From Methanobacteriota archaeon (GTDB lineage: Archaea > Thermoplasmatota > Thermoplasmata > Thermoplasmatales > GCA-001856825): a stretch of 64,000 bases of DNA. The DNA is taken from contig JAFMDN010000004.1 in NCBI GenBank assembly GCA_017857235.1, forward strand, positions 218 to 64,217, written 5' to 3'. A program made the position numbers and the translations under genes. Of this stretch, positions 54,022 through 64,000 are shown piece by piece. The notes beneath the pieces were generated by a model that was not told the DNA's origin, made no database searches, and saw only the letters and a list, made by a program, of their open reading frames with translations. Position 1 is the first letter of the stretch. The number at the start of each line of letters is the position of its first letter.

Positions 54022-55404
54022 ATGGCTAAGGAGGATCCTGAGACCAATTTCTCAGAATGGTACAACGATATTATAGAGAGGACAGGTTTAACGGATAAAA
54101 GGTACCCAGTCAAGGGTCTTAATGTATGGCCTCCATATGGATGGAAGTTGATGAGACTTATAGATGAAAGAATAAGAAAACACTTTGAGGATTTCGGTTA
54201 TCAAGAAGTTTATTTCCCATCCCTCATACCTAAAAGTCAGTTCAATAAGGAAGCAGAACACATAAAGGGATTTACCTCAGAAGTTTATTGGATCACAAAG
54301 GGAGGGGACAATGAACTGGATGAGCAATTGGTTCTAAGGCCAACGTCAGAAACTGCCATGTACCCCATATTCTCTTTGTGGATAAGGTCCCATGCAGATT
54401 TGCCGCTAAAAACATATCAGATTGTGAATGTTTTCAGATATGAAACTAAGCAGACCAGAACATTCATCAGGGTAAGGGAGATCCACTTCATTGAAGGCCA
54501 TACAGTTCATGACAGCTATGAAGATGCTGAAAAACAAATAGCAGATGACATAGAGATATGGAAGAGGGTTTCTGAAGATATAGCAGTTCCATACATAATG
54601 GGAAAGAGACCGGATTGGGACAAGTTTCCAGGGGCTTACTATACCATAGGTGCAGATACTTTTTTCCCCTCAGGCAGATCACTTCAGATTGCCACAATAC
54701 ATCAATACAAAGACAACTTTGCAAAGCCCTACGAAATAAAGTTTGTCGATGAAAATGGAAATACCAAGTATGCCCATCAGACAACTTTTGGAATATCGGA
54801 GAGGTTGATTGCTTCCATAGTGGGAATTCATGGCGACAAAAAGGGATTAATAATACCCCCAAGGGTTGCCCCAATACAGATTGTAATAGTACCGATACCC
54901 GGAGAAGGGGTTGCAGAATATTCAAGGGAAATTTTCGAAGAATTGGAATCCATTAAAATAAGGGTAAAACTTGATGAAAGGGATCAGTACACTCCTGGTT
55001 GGAAATTTAATGATTGGGAGGAAAAAGGAGTTCCATTAAGGTTAGAAATAGGTAAGCGTGAAGTGTCTGAAGGTAAGATAACTTACGCCAAGAGAACAGG
55101 CGGAAAAGCTTCAATGCCGAAGGAAGAATTTATGCATAAGGTGAATTCGTTGCTAGAAGAAATACAATCTGAACTTTATTCCAGGGCTAAGGAAAGAATC
55201 AATTCTTACATTAAACCACTTCACAGTCTTGAAGGTGAAATGGACTTCTATCCAAACTACGTTTATTGGTGCGGTGAAAAAAGTTGTGCTGATGTCATAG
55301 AGGAAAAAACAGGAAAAAGTATTCTCTCTACTACCGAGGGCTTCGGAAAATGCATAGTATGCGGAAGGGAAGGTCAAAAAACGATTATTTCAAAGAAATA
55401 TTAG
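54022..55404 (+). CDS. proS: Prolyl-tRNA synthetase (archaeal/eukaryotic type)
   Basis: About 460 aa with class II motifs (LRPTSET, FRYE, the HQTTFGISERL region) and a C-terminal Zn-binding domain (CGEKSC...CIVCG). Confidence 0.93.
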   Translation: MAKEDPETNFSEWYNDIIERTGLTDKRYPVKGLNVWPPYGWKLMRLIDERIRKHFEDFGYQEVYFPSLIPKSQFNKEAEHIKGFTSEVYWITKGGDNELDEQLVLRPTSETAMYPIFSLWIRSHADLPLKTYQIVNVFRYETKQTRTFIRVREIHFIEGHTVHDSYEDAEKQIADDIEIWKRVSEDIAVPYIMGKRPDWDKFPGAYYTIGADTFFPSGRSLQIATIHQYKDNFAKPYEIKFVDENGNTKYAHQTTFGISERLIASIVGIHGDKKGLIIPPRVAPIQIVIVPIPGEGVAEYSREIFEELESIKIRVKLDERDQYTPGWKFNDWEEKGVPLRLEIGKREVSEGKITYAKRTGGKASMPKEEFMHKVNSLLEEIQSELYSRAKERINSYIKPLHSLEGEMDFYPNYVYWCGEKSCADVIEEKTGKSILSTTEGFGKCIVCGREGQKTIISKKY

Positions 55405-55415
55405 AAATATAAAAT

Positions 55416-55613
55416 TTAATCCTCAATTCCCTGCTTTATTTTCTCATTAAATAGGAAAAAGCCAGTTAATCCAAATCCCCCGAGCACCACAGTTATACTG
55501 TATAATCCTATATCAGTCCAATCTCCGTACGCTATACCCCAGGACAGGTAGAAAATTACGGCAACACCGAAAAGCATGAAAGACAGGAGCCGCAGTAAGC
55601 TGTTTACGCTCAT
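55416..55613 (-). CDS. Small membrane protein (65 aa, two predicted TM helices)
   Basis: Two hydrophobic stretches are separated by GIAYGDWTD. No family recognised. Confidence 0.4.
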   Translation of the reverse strand: MSVNSLLRLLSFMLFGVAVIFYLSWGIAYGDWTDIGLYSITVVLGGFGLTGFFLFNEKIKQGIED

Positions 55614-55764
55614 TTGATCAAAGCTAATGTATCCTTAATATTTATAGTTAATTTCAGGGAAAGCTTCTTGATATAATTTAAACCGGTATAAGTTCTAAAT
55701 CCCTTACTAAAAGATAGAACAGGCAATCGCAAAAATTAATTATATGTTTTTAATATAGGCTAGC

Positions 55765-55833
55765 TATTCCAGAGGTTTAATGATGATTGAAATTGATATA
55801 TGTAAAAAAATTGGTCTGACTAGCTCTGGAATA
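55765..55833 (+). promoter_or_regulatory. 10-bp-stem hairpin enclosing C-box-like (AUGAUGA) and D-box-like (CUGA) motifs in the rpoH leader/promoter
   Basis: TATTCCAGAG (55765-55774) is the perfect complement of CTCTGGAATA (55824-55833). AATGATGA ends at 55786 and CTGA is at 55816-55819. The structure ends 20 nt before the rpoH ATG. Confidence 0.35.
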
Positions 55834-55852
55834 TTGGAAGGGTGTAGGTTAT

Positions 55853-56110
55853 ATGGGTAAATATAATATTTTAAAGCACGAATTGGTACCTGCTCATGAA
55901 CTTCTAAGCAAGGAGGAGGAAGAGGAACTCTTACAGAATCTAGGAATTAAGCGGGAACAGCTTCCCAAGATTCGAAAATCCGATCCTGTTATTAAAATTC
56001 TGGAAGAAAAATATGGCCCTATTGAACCAGGAAGGATCATTAAGATTATAAGAAATAACAGCAGGACAAGTGGAATTTATATTGTTTATAGAATGGTGGT
56101 AGGTGAATAA
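55853..56110 (+). CDS. rpoH: DNA-directed RNA polymerase subunit H (Rpo5)
   Basis: 85 aa with HELVPAHELLSKEE...LPKIRKSDPV. Conserved position upstream of rpoB. Confidence 0.92.
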   Translation: MGKYNILKHELVPAHELLSKEEEEELLQNLGIKREQLPKIRKSDPVIKILEEKYGPIEPGRIIKIIRNNSRTSGIYIVYRMVVGE

Positions 56111-59100
56111 ATGGTTAAAGAAGTTTTGGATGCTATTTTTAAGGAATTTGATGCCGTTAGCCATCAGTTGACCAGTTACAACGATTTTATTCCTACAGAT
56201 GATAACCCTAACTCAGGGATGCAAGAGGTCTTAGATACTCTAAGGGTGTCGGAGGATGATCCTCCGGGAGAGATAAAACTTGACAGGTCAAAGACAGGCG
56301 GGGCGGATATCAGGATAAGGTTCGGGAGAAAGAAAGGACCAAACGGGTACGATGAACCAACAGTAAGGATAGGGCTTCCTTTGATTAGGGAGCCTACGGG
56401 TTCTGAAAATTATATTACACCGATGGAGGCCAGGCTCAGGGATTTAAACTATATGGCACCACTTTATGTGAGATTCACAATAGTGGAAGATGACCAAGTT
56501 GTAAGGCCGCCCGAGGAAGTAAAAATTGGGGAATTTCCGGTTATGGTAAGATCCAAGATATGCATTCTCAACAAGAATAATATCGATGAATTCATAAAGA
56601 GAATAAACCTCCGAAGGGGAGAGAAAATCAGGGGAAAGACAGAGGAAGAACTTTTGGCCATGAGCTATGAAGACAAACTTAAATTGCTTGGAGAAGATCC
56701 AGCAGATCCAGGAGGTTATTTCATAATCGGGGGAACGGAGAGAACACTAATTTCCATGGAAGATCTTGCACCGAATAAGATAATTGTTGAATACGAGGAA
56801 AAATACGATACTAAGGTAGAAGTGGCGAAAATTTTCTCCCAGAAAGAGGGATATAGAGCATTAATAACACTTGAGAGGAAAAGCGATGGGCTTTTGATTG
56901 TCTCTATTCCATCCATAGCCGGTACAATCCCGTTGGTAATTCTAATGAAGGCCCTGGGAGTCGAAAAGGACAGCGAAATTTATGATGCCATAGTAACAGA
57001 TGAAAGGATGGTTTCCATAGTGATGGCAAACATTGAAGACGCAAACACCCCGGACCAGTATTTGCCGGAGGGAATTAGAACTACCAAAGATGCAATTGTA
57101 TATCTGGAAAAGAGGTTTGCAGCCGGACAGGCAAAAGAATTTAGAGAGAAGAAGTTGTCCCAGATACTTGATAAAAACCTTCTTCCGCACTTGGGAGACA
57201 CTGAGGAAGATAGGTATAAGAAAGGTGTATTTTTGGGTAGAATGGCAAGGGCACTTTTAGAACTGTATCTGGGAATAAGGAAAGAGGACGACAAAGACCA
57301 CATGGCCAATAAGAGGATAAAGCTTTCAGGGGATCTATTGGAAGAGCTCTTCAGGAGCAGTGTCCAGGCACTGTTAAAGGACCTGAAAAGCCAGTTAGAA
57401 AAGACCTATAATAAGAAGAGAGGTATTAGAATTTCAGCTTCCATAAGACAGGATGTTCTAAATGAAAAACTGAAACATGCACTATCCACAGGAAACTGGA
57501 TAGGAGGAAGAACAGGTGTTTCCCAGCTACTTGAAAGGACCTCTTATATAAGCACCATATCTCACCTGAGGAGAATCTCATCCCCACTTACAAGGTCTCA
57601 ACCACACTTTGAGGCCAGAGACCTTCACCCAACACAATGGGGAAGGATGTGCCCCAATGAGACTCCTGAAGGCCAGAATTGCGGTCTTGTAAAAAATGCA
57701 GCTTTAATAGTCCAGGTAACTGAGGGTGTGCCAGAAGAAGTAATAATTAGTTATCTAAAACAAAAGGGTCTTGAAGAGGTCCTAGGCGAAAAACCTGGTT
57801 TTTCAAGGGTATATGTTAATGGAAATCTAGTGGGTTACTATGAAGATGGTGTTGAACTAGTAAATGATATTAGAAAGAAGAGAAGAAGTGGACAGATGCC
57901 TGATCAAATCAATGTAAAATATGATGAAACTACCAATGAAGTTGTTATTAATACTGATAAAGGGAGATTAAGAAGGCCTGTCTTTGTGGTTTATGATGGC
58001 AAAATAAAAATGAATAGCAAAATCAGGGAAGAAATAGTATCGGGCAAAATGGGAGTTAAAGATATGGTAAGTTCCGGTATCATTGAATGGTTGGATGCTG
58101 AAGAAGAGGAAAACGCCTATGTTGCGGTGGAACCATTTGAAAAACCAGATAGGTGTCCTAGGTGTGGAACATACCTCTATTCTGATACCATGGATTGGGT
58201 TAATCCAGGTGAAGATACTATAAAGTTAAAATGCCTGAAGTGTGGAGAAATTTTTGAAGCCAAGAAAACCTATGGGGCAGAACATACCCACCTGGAGATT
58301 AATCCCCTTTTAATCCTAGGGGCAGTGGTAGGCGTAATTCCTTATCCTGAACACAATCAGAGTCCAAGAGTAACTATGGGTGCTGCCATGACAAAACAAT
58401 CCCTAGGTCTTTCAGAGAGTAACTTCAGACTTAGGGCAGATACCAGGGGGCATGTACTTCACTATCCACAAAAGCCTATAGTTACAACAAAACAGTCAGA
58501 CTTCATAAAATATAATAGAAGACCTTCAGGTCAAAATGCTGTAGTTGCTCTCCTTTCTTATCACAATTACAACATCCAGGACGCTGTGATATTAAATAAG
58601 GCTTCTGTAGAAAGAGGATTGGGAAGGTCTGCATTCTTTAGAACTTACAAAACCGAAGAAAAGAGATATCCGGGCGGTCAAGAAGATAAATTTGAGGTTC
58701 CCCCACACGATGTCTCGGGAGTTAGGCCCGAGGGTGCCTATAGGAATCTAGATGAGAATGGATTTATTTCACCGGAAACCTTTGTGGAAGGTGGAGATGT
58801 ACTGATTGGAAAAACTTCACCCCCGAGGTTTATGGGTGAAGAGGATCAGCAGTTCATAACAACACAGAGAAGAAGAGAAAGTTCCATAACGAACAGGCCA
58901 GGAGAATCTGGCTATGTCGATAGTGTTATTCTGACAGTGTCTGAGAACAACAGCAGGATGATCAAAGTTAAGGTTAGGGGAGACAGAATTCCAGAGCTTG
59001 GTGATAAATTCGCTAGCAGGCATGGTCAAAAGGGAGTTGTTGGAGCTATCATACCTCAGGAAGATATGCCATTCACAGAAGATGGGGTAATTCCTGACAT

Positions 59101-59739
59101 TATAATAAATCCTCATTCAATTCCAAGCAGAATGACAGTAGGGCATCTTCTTGAAACATTGGGAGGCAAAGTCGGATCCCTAGAGGGCAGATTTATAAAT
59201 GGTACAATATTTAATGGAGAACCTGAGGAAAGTTTAAGGGAGGCACTGGAGAGAAACGGCTTCAAATACAGTGGAAGAGAAACAATGTATGATGGAATCA
59301 CCGGAAGGAAATTTGAAGCTGATATTTTCATTGGAGTTGTTTTCTACCAGAAACTGCACCACATGGTTGCCGGGAAATTCCATGCAAGATCTAGGGGACC
59401 GGTACAAATACTCACCAGGCAGCCCACAGAAGGAAGGTCAAGACAGGGTGGTCTTAGATTCGGGGAAATGGAAAGGGATACCCTTATTGGCCATGGAGCA
59501 GCCATGACAATAAAGGATAGGCTTCTTGATCAGAGTGATGGTTTTACCATCTGGGTATGTGGAGACCCTGAATGCGGCCATGTGGCAATTAATGATTACA
59601 ATAAAAAGGAGCTTAGATGCCCAGTATGTGGAAATACAACAAACATTCACCCAATTGAGACCAGCTATGCATTTAAGCTGATGAGGGATGAGCTGATGTC
59701 GCTTGGTGTTGTAATGAGATTAAGGTTGGGTGAGCTGAA

Positions 59740-59743
<4 letters not shown>
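56111..59743 (+). CDS. rpoB: DNA-directed RNA polymerase subunit B (Rpo2), unsplit
   Basis: 1210 aa with [39 protein letters not shown] and a C-terminal CxxC...CxxC clamp Zn site. An extra CPRC...CLKC element lies at residues 682-711. Confidence 0.97.
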
Positions 59744-63953
<4,210 letters not shown>

Positions 63954-63955
63954 AA

Positions 63956-64000
63956 TTGGACTACAACTGGGAGTTAGGAAGACTTAAAGAAACAGGAAAG
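63956..64000 (+). CDS. rpl30e: 50S ribosomal protein L30e, 5' fragment (runs off the right edge)
   Basis: A TTG start behind a GGGGTGAT SD gives (M)DYNWELGRLKETGK, which resembles the L30e N-terminus. This is the conserved position after rpoA'' in archaea. Confidence 0.5.
   Translation, partial: MDYNWELGRLKETGK

Noticed and set aside
55765-55833. A canonical dual-guide box C/D sRNA
   Set aside because: Only 29 nt separate the C-like and D-like boxes. That is too short for guide-D'-loop-C'-guide, and no convincing D'/C' boxes are present. It is kept only as a k-turn-like hairpin or regulatory element.
58136-58282. The idea that the RpoB zinc-ribbon insertion marks the fusion joint of formerly split B''/B' genes
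   Set aside because: In archaea with split rpoB, the B' subunit begins near the (R)VYVNG... segment. That segment is encoded here around nt 57810, roughly 100 codons upstream of the insertion. The insertion is therefore in a different, variable surface loop.

Overview
AT-rich, very compact archaeal chromosome segment. The archaeal assignment rests on archaea-specific genes (L32e, L19e, S4e, L40e, aSUI1, RNase P proteins Rpp29 and Rpp21, Cbf5, RpoH, split RpoA'/A'', FBP aldolase/phosphatase, pantoate kinase, archaeal Adk/Cmk, XerA) and on frequent GGTGA-type Shine-Dalgarno sites. An unsplit rpoB and a nicotinate phosphoribosyltransferase with a C-terminal zinc knuckle suggest a Thermoplasmata-like euryarchaeon, but that placement is inference only. 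Almost all of the window is housekeeping. It holds the large ribosomal-protein supercluster (L3 through L15, then secY-adk-DUF106-cmk-cbf5; 11151-26842) and the RNA polymerase operon rpoH-rpoB-rpoA'-rpoA''-(L30e) (55853-64000). It also holds a sufCBDSU operon with a divergent SufR-like regulator, coaBC plus pantoate kinase, a BtuFCD-like ABC importer, class II ribonucleotide reductase, CysRS, PheRS-alpha and ProRS, and purM, pyrC, queE, rpiA and fbp. I found no rRNA or tRNA genes, CRISPR arrays, transposases or IS elements. Three real genes under 60 codons are missing from the ORF track: S14 (18493-18654), L40e (30298-30447) and a 54-codon HicB/UPF0150-like ORF (30031-30195). The most unusual locus is 29061-30195. 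There the small HicB-like ORF overlaps the start of a Cas4/DUF83-family Fe-S PD-(D/E)xK nuclease by 14 nt. The nuclease core is interrupted by about four transmembrane helices, and no cas or CRISPR context is present. This is a candidate undescribed membrane-anchored nuclease, toxin-antitoxin or defence module. Other items worth a second look are a 10-bp-stem hairpin with C/D-box-like (k-turn) motifs in the rpoH leader, a ~135-aa N-terminal extension on RpoA'', a zinc-ribbon insertion in RpoB and a structured leader before rpl3. Further items are palindromes upstream of xerA and nrdJ, an N-terminal two-helix extension on SecY and a QueG homologue in an archaeon.
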